Shown here: positions 26,824-39,238 of the stretch, one piece after another
Position numbering within the stretch: position 1 is the first letter of the stretch
Layout of the letters: each line of letters opens with the position of its first letter
NCBI RefSeq assembly: GCF_036321535.1
Contig: NC_087436.1
Location: 19,532,001 to 19,596,000, forward strand
DNA: 64,000 nucleotides
DNA from: Camelus dromedarius
Taxonomy: Eukaryota
Direction: 5' to 3'
The notes under the pieces: model-generated
Seen by the model: the letters and a program-made list of their open reading frames with translations, nothing else
What the model was told of the DNA's origin: nothing
The model's database searches: none
Position numbers and translations under genes: made by a program

Positions 26824-27179
26824 TAACAATTCATTCTTAGTTAATGAACTTAACAGCCATTCTTGAGAAAATAAGGGAGGAATGTTGAATCTAGAATTAG
26901 AAGACAGATCCTGTCCACTAGGAAACATTTAATATCTTATGAACAGGTTTCAGAAGTCCTTGTAAGAGCTGTTTTGTGTTGGTGACCAGACACTTGAGAT
27001 ATTCAAGCAGGAAAACCTACAGATAATGGTGCTCTGCCTTCCAGAATAAGATCATCTCTAAGTTATCAACTGGAGGCCAAGATCGTACTAATCCCTACCT
27101 ACATGACCAGAGCAGAACTCTGTGGGAATCTGTACTGGTTGTTAGTCTGCTACCCAGGGACCAGGGCTGTCGTGGCATC

Positions 27180-27300
27180 AGTTTAGGCTTTGGAGTTGGG
27201 TATGACAGGCTGTAGTCCAGGCTTTGCCATTTATTTGCTGTGTGACTTTGGGCTGGTTGCTTGGCTTTTCTGAACATCGGGTTCCTCATCCATAAAGTAG
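27180..27300 (+). mobile_element. MIR SINE
   Basis: ggctttggagt...ccaggctttgccatttatttgctgtgtgactttgggc...ttcctcatccataaa. Confidence 0.75.
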
Positions 27301-28595
27301 GCTATCATGTAACCCAGCCCCCTCAATAGAGAAGGGTCAAATTTTTTAATATGCATGAAAGTACTGAAGCAAAATACCACTAATAGTACTAGTATTATTA
27401 CTAATTATTACTCATACTGGTGCTATTGCACTGTTGCAAAGGAAAATGAAATGGGCACCAGGAAGAACACAAGTCCTCATGTCCTATATGACACCCGTGT
27501 GGCTTCCACTCCTCTGATATAAGACACATGTTCCCAGAGTGGTGACAATGCTCAGCCTTCTTCCGGGCTGAAAATTCTCATCCTGTCACAGATACCGTAC
27601 TTTGCTTCTCAGAAGTGTTATTAGTGTTATCAATATTCCATAATTAACACTAATGCAAGTTTCCATGTTCTTTTACCTGAATTTGGGTGAACTGATAGAT
27701 AACAAAGGTAAAACTGGCTACGTTATGGGCAAAGGCACATCCATTCTCCATACACTAAATTATCTACTAACCGTTATACCCTCACTTTAAATTCTTTAGT
27801 AGTTTGCCACTGAAAGGACCAGCTCCAAGTTCCCTCTCCTGGCTTACAAGACTTTTGATGATCTGCTCTCTGAATCCTCCACTTCATACTTTTCTTCTTG
27901 TCCTGTTCAACTTTTTATAGCTTTACAAATGCCCTGCCCTCTTCCTGAAATATCCTCACCCCCTGTCTGCGAGATCAGTTTTCATGATTTCTTCTGATCA
28001 ATTGGAACCTTACCTGGCATGTAAGTGGCTGTTCGATAAACATTTAAGCAAATTGACTTGAAATCGGATGGATCCCAAATAGCCTGAAACAGCCAGATAT
28101 TTCCATTTCCACACGGCCTTGCAAAATTCCTCCTGGAGTCTGAATAGATTCCATGTCATTGAAGGATAGTAGCTCTTCAAAATTATTTTGGCATTTTGCA
28201 CATGGAGCGCTCCTCAGTGGTGCTGATGAGAACTTGCTTCACGGGCACCAGTGGAGTTGGTAAGCCACAATCCATGTTTTAATAAACAGACTGTAAAATA
28301 TAGCACTTAAATTAAAATGTTGTATTCCCTATTGACAATTGCAAAATTTTGCACAGTAAAGAAGCGTTTATTCTATTATTTAGCAAGAAAACAAGTCTGT
28401 GTGGATATTCACATGTGTATATGCCTAAGAAGGTTATGGTAGCAATGTTCATGTAAGGTAAACATCCCCTCTGGGCCGCATCCAAAAGAATTTAGTTACT
28501 AATGACAAGAGGACTTCCATATGTTAATACCAAAAGGACTTTTTCCCAGGAGTAATGGAGTGGTCCCCAACCTGGATCCTGGGCACGGTATAGCC

Positions 28596-28618
28596 TCTGT
28601 CTGTCTGTCTCTGTCTTG

Positions 28619-28659
<41 letters not shown>
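28596..28659. repeat. Compound (TC)n(AC)n microsatellite
   Basis: Read directly. Confidence 0.92.
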
Positions 28660-29543
28660 TGCAGACGCTTCGGAATTTTCAAGTTCCAAGTAGAATCCAT
28701 TAATAAAAATATGAAATGCTTTTTCTTATATAAATCATAATGAAGTGTTGAGAGATAAAGGGACAACTAAGAGGGACGAATAATCAGCTGCGGCTCAAAA
28801 ACTGAAACCTGTCACATTAACTCCCAACTCAAACACCCCGTTTTAAAGATTTACCTTCAAGAAACCTAAAAGCTTGTATCCTGCCTCATCACAACAGCCT
28901 CAGACTGTTCCCTGTCATCGAAGAAAACAAATCTTTTGCTCCTTTCTGCCTAGGGGAGGCAGAGGGACGGAGGTGGTCCTGTGTGGCTGAATTAGATGAA
29001 AGACTTGCCTTCCACCTCCGAGACGTGGAGTCTAATCAAGTGAAATGAGTTTTGAGATCCCAGCTCATTTCCTCGGGGAGATCAGTTCACATTACAAAGT
29101 CACGGCATCTCATTCATCACAGCTGATGTGGTCTTTGCTCAGGAGGGGACCCCAACTGGGACGAAACCACCTGTCTTCTCTTGAAAAGGGGCACTTTATC
29201 CAAGTTAGAGTTGAAAGCCTTGGAGTGAGAAAGCTTGCCAGCTTCCACCCCAGTGATACATATGCAACGTGGAAGGGAACTTAGGTTGAAAAAAGGGAAG
29301 TCGAGTTTAAGGAAGATTGGTGGTTGTACTTTTAATGATGCCAGATATGAACAGTCATTCTGGAGATGCTAAGGCTCACGGTCGGGAGAGATGAGACTGG
29401 GGCTCCCTCTTCTTTAGCTCCTAGATTTTGTCAAACAGAAATGAGCAGGATAAGCGTTTCCATGCATCAGAGTTTAAAACGGCAAAGAAAGTGTCCTGCT
29501 TTCCAGGCAGATAAATGATCATCATCTCTTTTCTTTCTTCCAG

Positions 29544-29579
29544 GGCATCGTTGTCACACCCCTGCTACTGCTGCTCTTT
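29544..29579 (+). CDS. SLC10A7: SLC10A7 exon 6 (36 nt, phase 0/0), GIVVTPLLLLLF
   Basis: Acceptor tctcttttctttcttccag, donor gtgagt; peptide matches recalled human GIVITPLLLLLF. Confidence 0.95.
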
Positions 29580-31789
29580 GTGAGTATTTTGATGTTGTTT
29601 TTAATATCTTTTTAATAAAAAGCCATCCACAACCCGTTAGGAAAGGTCATTAGAGTAAAATTGAAATTGGAATCCTTTGGCACCACTTTGCATCACATTT
29701 TGAGCTGTTCTTTCAGTTCAAAACTGTACCAAGTCGTAACATGTAGACGCAAAGCATCTGTGTAGTCTCATGACCCAAGGGCAGCAACAGAACCCAGTTC
29801 TCAGGCCTCTGACTCCTGGGCTAAATCATTAATTATGATAAATTAATGACCAGTGACCTAGGTCACAAATGTGCTGCATTATTTTCTCATTAGTAAAACT
29901 GAAGTGATTGCTAGTGACCCAGTGTTTGATAGAGCCTTGGACCAGGGGACCAGACAAAGCTTAGTTTTCAGTGCTGGTACTGATAGTAACTGGCTTCCTC
30001 ACTTGGGGGGAATGCTGCCTTGACTTTTTCATCTGTAGAATGGGAAGCAATAACACCTCCCCCAGTCTGTCTCCCAGGGATGATGAAATGTGCTTTAGAA
30101 ATAAAAAACACAAGCTACTGGTAAACTAAGCAAAAACTGTTCTAAAAATAAGAAATACTAATTAACCGTCTTATTTCTTTTGGCACCCAGCGTATGAGAA
30201 ATTAGATGAAAGATGATAATAGAAATTAATGTCATCTCATGCTGAGAAAAGCATATGTAATCGTGAATGATACCTAAAATATTTTATGAGCTGTGCATTT
30301 TTCATACACATATCTCCCAAATACAAATCACTCCTCTCATCACTGAAATGGAGTGGGGATGTGTTTCTGGGAGTGAAATGTGGCTGTTTGACTAGCACTA
30401 TTTGTCAGTGAATTAAAACTATGGGGAGAATTTATTTAATTATAGTGTAATTACCCAAGTTGGAATTCAATTAGAGTAACAGAGTGAGGGACTTCATTTC
30501 CTACAAGCTGTGAAGGAAGTGGAGAGGGAGAGAGCCCCTACTAAACAGTTGGATTTTGCATCTTTCATGAAAGACATTACCTTCCAGTAGTAAACTCAGC
30601 CTTACCATCCCTTCTGAAATGCTAGCTCCAGTCCACAAAGTAAGAAGAGTCAAATCGTCAGATCCCTTCCCACAGCAGAACGAACCTCATTAATTTAGAC
30701 TCGCCAGTTCAGAATTTGCAGGGAGTCAAAATGAGACAGAAGTGAATATTGGTTTGCATTCGTTTGGAAGAAAAGGCTTGGTGTGTGCCTGCCTGGTCAC
30801 TAGATGTGGGGAACTGGGATTGTCCCTCAGGGTTTTCTCCAGGACCCGGCATCATCACTCCCCAGGAGCACCCTCAGCAGACAAAGGATGCAGGCCAGCC
30901 TGGGCCCCCCCGGAAGTGAGTCAGAGAACGAGTGTAGAGCTCAGCATACAGTCAGTGTCCAGTAAATGGCTCTGTAGCCTAGGTTTTCCGCATTGCAGAA
31001 GAGTGACATCTCTTACTCCTGTGACTCTTGGAAGATGGTCAGGGGAGAAGTCACAGCCACAACTAGGGGGCTGAGACCTAGGTAGCACTTTGGAGTATCT
31101 CACGGTCTGGAATCTCTGGGACACTGTTTCAGCTTGGGACTAAAGAACTAGATGAGTACCCTCCTCCCGCTCCTTCCCATCTCCGTGCCGTAACATTTTC
31201 CCACTGGTTAAGATTATAGCATCACATTATTGCAAATTTGCCCCCGATCTTAGACCCATAGACGTGTGAGCTTTAGTTGGTTCCACATTTTTAAATAGTC
31301 GAGCTACAGAAATAGTGAAAGAGACCCCAAGACCTCAACTTAAAAGTTAGATGCTTCCCTTTGAGCTAACTGGGCTGTCCCAGTGGGTTCAGTGGTATCA
31401 GCACACAACATCAACAGATAATTCTACGTTGCATGACCTTAAATCACATGCACAGTGTATAACGCTTTTTGTCTGTTTAGGTTGTTGTGCATTTTACAAA
31501 CAATGGGCATTGCTTCAACACTTGGGTGACCAGGCTTTATTTACTGAGTAGGACAAAAACCTGAGCAACTCTAGGAGTTGTTAAGTTCTCCTCTGATCAT
31601 ATTTTCGCAGTGAAGTGGCAAGTAAGGTCAGGGGTGGAGGACAAGGAAAGGCAAGGAGGTGTTGGAGATTTGCTAAGAGAGGAGAAGACGTGGAAGAGTT
31701 GTGTGGGAGAGTGAATGGAGTGGCCAGATGCAGTGGGATGGTCCCGCGGCACCAAGGACCGTCCTCAGAGCCTTTACACTTGGCGTTGG

Positions 31790-32135
31790 CTCAGCCTAGG
31801 TTGCCCTCCATCCCCAGATATCCACGTGGCTCCCTCCTTCAGTTTCACCAAGTCTCTGGTCAAATGTCATTTTAGGAGAGATGCCTTTCCTCACTACCTC
31901 ATATGAAATAATACATTCCATCACTCTCTCCCCACCTACAATGCTTAACTGTTCCTCTTAGCATTTGTGATCTCGTGACATCTTAATCATTGGTTAATTT
32001 ATTTATTGTCTATCTTCGCTAACTAGAACAAAGCATCACAAGGTAGCAGAGACTTTCTGTTTGGGTCAGTGCTGTAACCCCTCTGCTCAAAATAATGCCT
32101 GGCCCTGGAAGTCACTCAAAAGTGCTTTTGAATGG
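31790..32135 (+). mobile_element. L2 3' fragment
   Basis: ggctccctccttcagtttcaccaagtctctggtcaaatgtcat...atttattgtctatcttcgctaactagaa...atgcctggc. Confidence 0.7.
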
Positions 32136-32140
32136 AAGCT

Positions 32141-32759
32141 TGGGAAAGGAAAACTCTCTGTGCTCACACCAGATGTGTGGGCCTTCCACACCAAGCGATC
32201 CTCCAGCGCTCTGCAGGCGCCAGCTGGGTATTCTGCAGTTGAACTCCTCTTGACACTAACTGCCCAGAGTTACCGAAGCCCCTACAGATGAAGGGCTCAG
32301 TCCCACAAGGCTGCCCCTCACTTCAGGTGCCAGCAGGAAGCAGCGGGTTCTCACGTCAGTCTGACTTAGCTACAAATCAGGGATTCCCGCAACCGACTCC
32401 TCAATGTTAATAATTTGCTGTCGCTGCTCACAGAACCCAGCGAAGCACGCTGTTGACTATTACTGATTGATTATAAAGGATACAAATAAACAGCCAGGTG
32501 AAGAGGTACGTAGGGCGAGGTCCAGAGGGTCGCAAGTGCAGGAGCTCCTGTCCCGCGGAGTTGGGTGCGCCGCCCTCCCTGCACGTGGGTGCAGCCACCA
32601 ACCCAGGAGCTCTCTAAACCCTCTGAGCCAGGCACCAGGGACAGACTCAAATATAACAAAAGACGCTCTTATCACCCCATCACTCGGGAAGTTACAAGGG
32701 TTTTAGAAGCTGTACTAGGAACTGGGGACGAAGACCAAATACTGTATCACAGCATCACA
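32141..32759 (-). mobile_element. MER21-family solo LTR
   Basis: Minus strand starts tgtgatgctgtgatacagtatttggtcttcgtccccagttcc...ctaaaacccttg; internal agggctcagtcccacaaggctgccc typical of MER21. Confidence 0.85.
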
Positions 32760-35245
32760 GTTGGACGGGTAGATGGGCGCCTCTGTTCAGAGCTGGGTGA
32801 GGGCTACTTCTAAGGCTAGTGTTTCCTTGTTTTATGCTCTACCTGCAGCAGCACAGTCCTTACTGTAAAGCCATTTTGGAGGGACTGACTTCCCCTCCCT
32901 CATGGCTGTTGTAGAGAGGCAGCAGGGTACGGGGAGCAGGCGCCCCGTGTTGGCTCAGTCTGCAGCCAGTATCTGCTGTGAACGGTGGATTTTCCTTAAC
33001 CCTTCTCAGCCTCAGTCTTTACCTCTGTAAAGTGAGAATTATGATAAGATGGAGAGAGTTCATTTATGGGAAAGCCTGTTGTGAGCTGTAAAAAAGAACC
33101 ATCGAGTCCTAGTTATTTAAATTTGACCCTTTATAAAAGAAAATAGGAAATAGTCCCAAGAACATTAAGTTTCTGGAAAAGCACTTCCCTGAAATGCAGC
33201 AGCAGCCCAATGAGTCCGGGCCTTAATGAGGGGCTGAGTCTTACAACTTTCTGATTCTGTAATCATATAGCCTCTATAATCTTATAATCTTGTGTGTTCA
33301 TGAACCCAGTGTTTACCCATGGCTGACAGTGAGCGCAGAGAAACTTCCTAAAAGGTCACCAGTCACGCCCAAGACTTAAAGTGCTTCCACCTGTATCAGT
33401 CTTCTTGCTAACATCCCTCTGATATTGGCAGGGGCTGAAATTTCTGTCTGTTTTGTCAGTTGATGCATATCCATCTATGAAGTTCCAATCTGTAAGAATA
33501 AATCAAGGCCCTGTCTAGCTAAAAACTGCACTTACAAGTTCATTACTTGGAATTCCATATGAATTTTCCTTATGAAACAGTGTCCCAGCACTTAGCACCC
33601 ACTGGACTTTGTTCTGCCAGGCCAGGAACCATGCATATCTTATTCATTAACTTATCTCCGATGCCAGGTATTCAATAAATATTTGTTAGATGGAGAATAG
33701 AAAGATGGGTAAGGAATGATTAGAATGATTCAAGTGACAAATTAGTGGTTTGAAGGTTAGGATCTCAACCTGATTCATAAAATCTTAATTTGTACTTGCT
33801 ATAAAAAATAATTTACATTTTTTTCAATAATATTAAACAAAACATCCATTCTTCTATTAGATGTTTGAATGCCTCCTGTGCACTCTGACTATTATGAAGA
33901 TCAATCTGACTTTGGTTCTTCCCTCAAAGAATTTATGATTTAATAGAGAAAATAGAATATATTCACAGATCATTAAAATCCAAGGTAGAGATTGTATCAA
34001 CAGTATCATAATACTTCAAAGGAGATTACTAAAATACAAAACATTTTATTTAATAGAAAAAGTGGCTTTTTTTAACAATAAATTGTTTTAGAAAGAAAAC
34101 TTAATTTGAGGAGAAAGAGAAGGTAGTTGGAAACTTCTCATATGTCTCAAGGGATCTCCTTATTTCAGGTTTTTTTACAGGCATGGTTCTGATTCTCGGC
34201 TATGTTTAACATCACTTCAAATTTGCAAATATTTCCTTTCCTTTGATGTGGTTTATCATGGGCACTATGTTTACCAGCCATTATTATAGTTTTTACTCAG
34301 CAGCAAATAATAGAGATGACTGAAGGAGAGAGATTTAAAAACTTGAAACCTAGTGCAGGGCAGTATTTAAGATGAAGAGGCCATGGTGCTGAGTTAAGCA
34401 CTTAGGCTGCGAGGGGTTTTAAGTCCCGGTGAACAGTGCTGGACCATCCATCGGGCGGTGTGAAGCCCCTCCTTCTGTGGACTCCTGTCCCCTCGAGTCT
34501 GCTTAGCAGCTCCCTCACACCTTCTTCCCAGGCACATCTTGGCTACTCCGAGGAATGACAGGAAGCACCGTCTCCGTTTCTCTCTTACTCCCTCTGAAGT
34601 TAAGACAAGAAGGTCAGGGATAATAGAATAGGTCAGTCTAATTCTATGCAACTACGATCTAAGGAAACCAGACATCGGATGGTGTTGTCATGGCCTCAAG
34701 CTCTGTAATTCTGTAGACACCAGTTTAGTTAAGTAAGTTCATGTTTGGCAGAGGAAGGTCAATAGCACTTGGACCTTGTGCCATTAGAAGGACAGATCAA
34801 GCCCTCACTTCCATCCCAGCCACAAAAGTCAATTGAACCTCAAGACCTCTGGAAACACACAGGGTGGAAACTTGGACCACTAGAAAGTCATGTCCTCAGA
34901 GTCACAGATCAGACCATCCTCACATGTGGGGATGATACCTTAGGATGTTTAATAAACATCCACCGACATGCTTACCCCTTCAGTAACGTATAAGCCCCTC
35001 TTAATAAGTGGGAGCACCCCCAGTTCTGCTGTTAATATCAATTGACTTTGTATGACTTGATTTCTTAGAAACCTGGCCCTCATCAAGCAGGTATTTAAAA
35101 GCCATGGTGACCATTGGACGCACATACATGCTCACGCACACACACAAACGTGTACAGACCCTCCTGTGCATGCTCGCCAGGCCCTGTTTCTAGGCTCACT
35201 GTATGTTCCATTGATCTGTCTCTTCTGTTACTTTCCACTTCAGCC

Positions 35246-35379
35246 TTTTTTTGGGGGTGGAGGAGGTGATTAGGTTTTATTTATTTATTTATTTATTTTT
35301 AGAGGAGGCACTGGGGATTGAACCCAGGACCTTGTGCATGCTAGGCATGTGCTCTACCACTTGAGCTATTCCCTCTCGA
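35246..35379 (-). mobile_element. vic-1-type SINE
   Basis: ctggggattgaacccaggacc...ctctaccacttgagctat; perfect 10-bp TSD cacttcagcc at 35236-35245 and 35380-35389. Confidence 0.93.
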
Positions 35380-38300
35380 CACTTCAGCCATTCTTAAATC
35401 CAATAGACTTGAACTCTCACAGCCCTGTATAAGAAACTCTGTTTTTCCAGAAGGGGAGTGGGGGGGGGAAGGTAGAATAATTTTATTGCGTAGCTATAAC
35501 GAGTGCTTTCTTTATACATAACCCCATGTGAGTAACATGAGTGCCTTCAGGGGTAGGTACTCTCCCTCGCATGAGAAAACTTAGGTTCAAAGAGGCTTTG
35601 TAAGTCTTGAGCCTGCATGGCCAGTCCAGGGCACAAGACACGTTCAGGCAGGGGCTGCCTCCCCAGGTGTGTTCTTTCCAGGCTGTGCTTCCAGAGATGC
35701 CTCCTAGGAGACAGGTGATTTCAGGACATGTTATCAGCACTCAGGTACTACTTCCTGGACATGGATATTCTAGGTGACATAGGAAAGACAAAACAGAATA
35801 AGGTATAATTATTGCCTTGGAAGAAACTTAAGCTAATTTGGATAAACAAGAATAAAGACTATGTAAAAATTTAGAGGAAAAATTAACTACTAAACTATGT
35901 GATTCAGGGTGAATTTCCTAGGAACTCATAGAAGAGTGAGGGTCAGGGTCACGGAGAGCCATCATCAGTGGCAGCTGTCAAGGCTGCGGTCATCACTAGC
36001 TTCTCTAGTAACTGACTAACCTGTGATGGAAAATGCTTCAACTCAGACCCCATCAGTAAAACAAAAACAATGAATATAGCCATTCGTGTCCTGTACAATA
36101 CTCTGGTGATTTTTTTGTAGTATGTTCCCAATAATTGTTGCATAACTGATGGTCACACACGTGTGTGACGTATACAATGATAATAAAACATAAAGCACTT
36201 GAAGAGAAACTGTCCATGTGGTCACCTGAGTAGCTCCATACTGAACTGGGTTCTCCACGTTGTACCCAGCAAGTGTAGACGGATCTCCTCCTCTCGAGTG
36301 TGAGAGCGGCTCATCTTCTGACTGAGTGTGTGAATCACACAGAGATGGTTCCAAGCAGGGAGAATATTGTGACGCAAGATAATCCACGGAGTCTTTTCTA
36401 AGGGCTGGTACCAGGGCTCCCCCAGACCCAGTTGAACCATAATGGGAGAAGAGGAGCACCTGGTAAGCCATTTTCAAATGCTCTAGAAGACATTTATAAA
36501 CTGCCTCCCACTTCAAGGACCACTGACGCAGAGAGGCCAGCTCCACTGCTGATATGGGACTATGCACACTTATCTGAAGGGAGGTGGTGGTACAGGGCGA
36601 GCTCCGGCGTAGCACTGACTTAGCCAGGCTTTTCCCTGCCCCTCGGTTCCCCCTCCAACTCCAGCTGCTGCCCCCCCGGCCAGTGATGAACTAGCCGGAG
36701 TGAGAAGGACACGGCTTCCTTACGCCACCCTTGTTTGCCAATCCCTCCTCCGGAGGAACTTAAAGCTTTGTCTGCTTAAGGGATCTTTAGCAACAGCATG
36801 CTCTGTGGTTCCTGAACCCAGCTCAGGATTGACAAGACAAAATCCTGTGGCCAGGGAGTTAGGGGCAAAATTTGTTTCTAGCTGCATCTGAGGACCTCTG
36901 CCTCCAGCCCGCCCTGTCCTGGAAGCCCGTCTCCCCAGGGCTTTCCCCTTTGGGTGATGATAAGCTGTTGGACAGTTTCTTTGGCACATTTCACTGAAAT
37001 TTCTGTGTGGTTTGAGTAACCAGAACTTATGATTGGACGTAGTTTCCATCAGTTCCTGGAAGGTAATCTTTTCATCTTACATTTTAAATGAGCATATAAC
37101 AAAAAGAAACATGTTATATACTTTATCTTTAAAAAGTCACTTAAAGCCTATTTTGTCCTTTATTTCTCAGGGAAGGAAAAATACCATGCTTCTGGAGAGA
37201 AAAAGGATCATTTCCTCCAGGAAGTGTATACTTGCCAGCTTAGGTTGACACATGCAGCTGAATCAATATGGCTTTTTAACAACCATGTTCTTAATTTTGA
37301 TAAAAATGACAGTCGTTTTTCTATTGAGCCCATCAGCTGGTATCTGTTTAAGTCATTGATTTTGTGTAAGTAATCGGTTTAGTTCGCTTGCATCCCTGTG
37401 ATCAGGGGCAGCAGAAATGAAAGAAGGACTGAACTGTCATTTCGGGGGAAAGATGGAAATCTAGAAGAGTCACTCTGCCTTCCTCTGTGGGCACGCCTTG
37501 TCTTTGTGACGGGAAAGGGACAGGCGTTTATGAGTGTGTCTGTGTGTGGGGAGGAGAAAGTTAGATCCAATAGTTTACAGGTCCTTTTCTTCCGTCCCTT
37601 CCTTGGGGTTGGGCTCTGTGGGCAACGCGGGGAGACGGGAACTGGGCAGGAAGCAAACACATCCTGCTCTGTGTCAGAAGTGTCTTCTTCCTGACTTCCT
37701 CGCAAAAGAGATTTCACATCCCTGATTCTACAGCATAAACTGTAAACAGCTATTCTTATTTTTCCCTGAATGTGGTGCTAATGAAAGCAAAGACCGATCA
37801 TCAAGGGTGAATTATTTAATACAACAATGTTTTTAATCGCCGAGAAGAGGCGCAAATAGTAGTGATGCCTGTGGCTAATGGATTTCCCTGGTAGGAGATA
37901 AAAGGCTGATTACACAGCGGAGCAAGTGAGGACGCGGTGCGTTAATGACAGTTTACAGGTCAGCTCACTTACAGGACTGATTTACAACACACCATCTGTT
38001 TTCTAACTGGGTTGATAACTAGGACTTTTATGATTTTAGCTAGTGTCTCTTCATCAAGAATTTACTTGTTTTTCTGAGTCAGGTTAGTTTAACCCCATAA
38101 TATTTCACTGACTGGACCCCCTGATTCCTTCCAAATCAAATTGTGTCTAAGTTGAATGGATTGATAGCAGCCAGTCTTGCTTCGACTCAGCCTGTCTCTG
38201 CCAGGTTCGAGAATTAAGTCCTGATGCCTCAAAGCAGCCCTTGTATGTATTGGATTAACTTCTTTCTGATGCGTCTACCCTGATCCCAGTTATATACCAT

Positions 38301-38609
38301 CCTTGAGAGAGTTGAGAAAATAGCCATTCAAGTCATTTTCCGTGTCCTGTGGTTCAAATCCGGAAACCTAGTTGAAAAAGGCTACACCATCATCCACTGC
38401 TTATCAAGTTCCCCCTTTTCCTCTCTTTTTGTTTCTGTCTGCTCTCTGGCTCCCCAGCTCCATGCAGCACCTTCCACCCACCCACCCACACACACACACA
38501 CAGACACTCCCTCTCTTTCTCTCACGTGGACAAGATAAGGGGAGCCCAGCTTTGGCCCCCACTCTGGCCACCTTCCCCGTTTCACTGCTCTGTATCTTCT
38601 GTAATTAAC

Positions 38610-38850
38610 GTGCAGTCGAACGTGAGGATTAGGTGTGAGGGCTGTGGAGTGATCCTTCTGGGTTGAGATCCTGGCTTCTGTCACTTTCTAGGTACAGAGC
38701 CCGCATCCAAGTTGTTTAACTGTCCTGTGCCACCGTTTCCTCAGATGAAAATGGGGGTACTCATGAGACCTACCTCAAGGAGTCACTGTGCTAAATTATT
38801 CAACACGTGATGCGTTTAGAACAGCGCACAATGAATGTTACCATACTTGT
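38610..38850 (+). mobile_element. MIR SINE
   Basis: gatcctggcttctgtcact...gtttcctcagatgaaaatgggg...acctacctca...cgtttagaacagcg. Confidence 0.72.
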
Positions 38851-39042
38851 AATTACAGGAGGCCGTTGGGTGGGGGGCCAGGCTGCTGGTTCTTTCTTGA
38901 GGCTGTGCATGAAGCCGGGCTTTGTAACTTACCTGAAGTTGGAAGCTTGGAAAGGAAAACATTGTCAAGCCCCTCTTTCTACCTGCGTGTTGCAATCGTT
39001 CATCGGTTGGACACATTTTTGAGCATCTGCTATGTACTAACT

Positions 39043-39238
39043 TAGTGGTTCTCAAGTGTGAACCCCAGCTCAGCAGCAGCGTCACTTGGGGGTTGTTAGA
39101 AATGCAAGTTCTCACCATCCTCCCCTCATCCCTCCCCCCAGGTATTCCAAATCGGAAACTCTGATGGTGGGGCCTTGGAATAGGTGTTTTAACAAGCCCT
39201 CCAGATGCTTCTGGTGTGATAATGTTTGAGAACCACTG
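39043..39238. mobile_element. MER5A hAT-Charlie MITE nested in an L2
   Basis: Terminal inverted repeats agtggttctcaa / ttgagaaccact; internal ttgttagaaatgcaa, ttttaacaagccctccag. Confidence 0.9.

Noticed and set aside
28005..28205. Possible antisense exon ending in cag|gtaagg
   Set aside because: The donor overlaps L2-like terminal sequence, and there is no convincing acceptor or homology.
1..29543. Additional SLC10A7 coding exon (exon 5, AAAIFNSAFGSFL)
   Set aside because: Not found by eye; it presumably lies upstream of the window.
36043..36615. 190-aa minus-strand ORF
   Set aside because: Non-ATG start, no family resemblance, no poly(A)/TSD to suggest a retrocopy.
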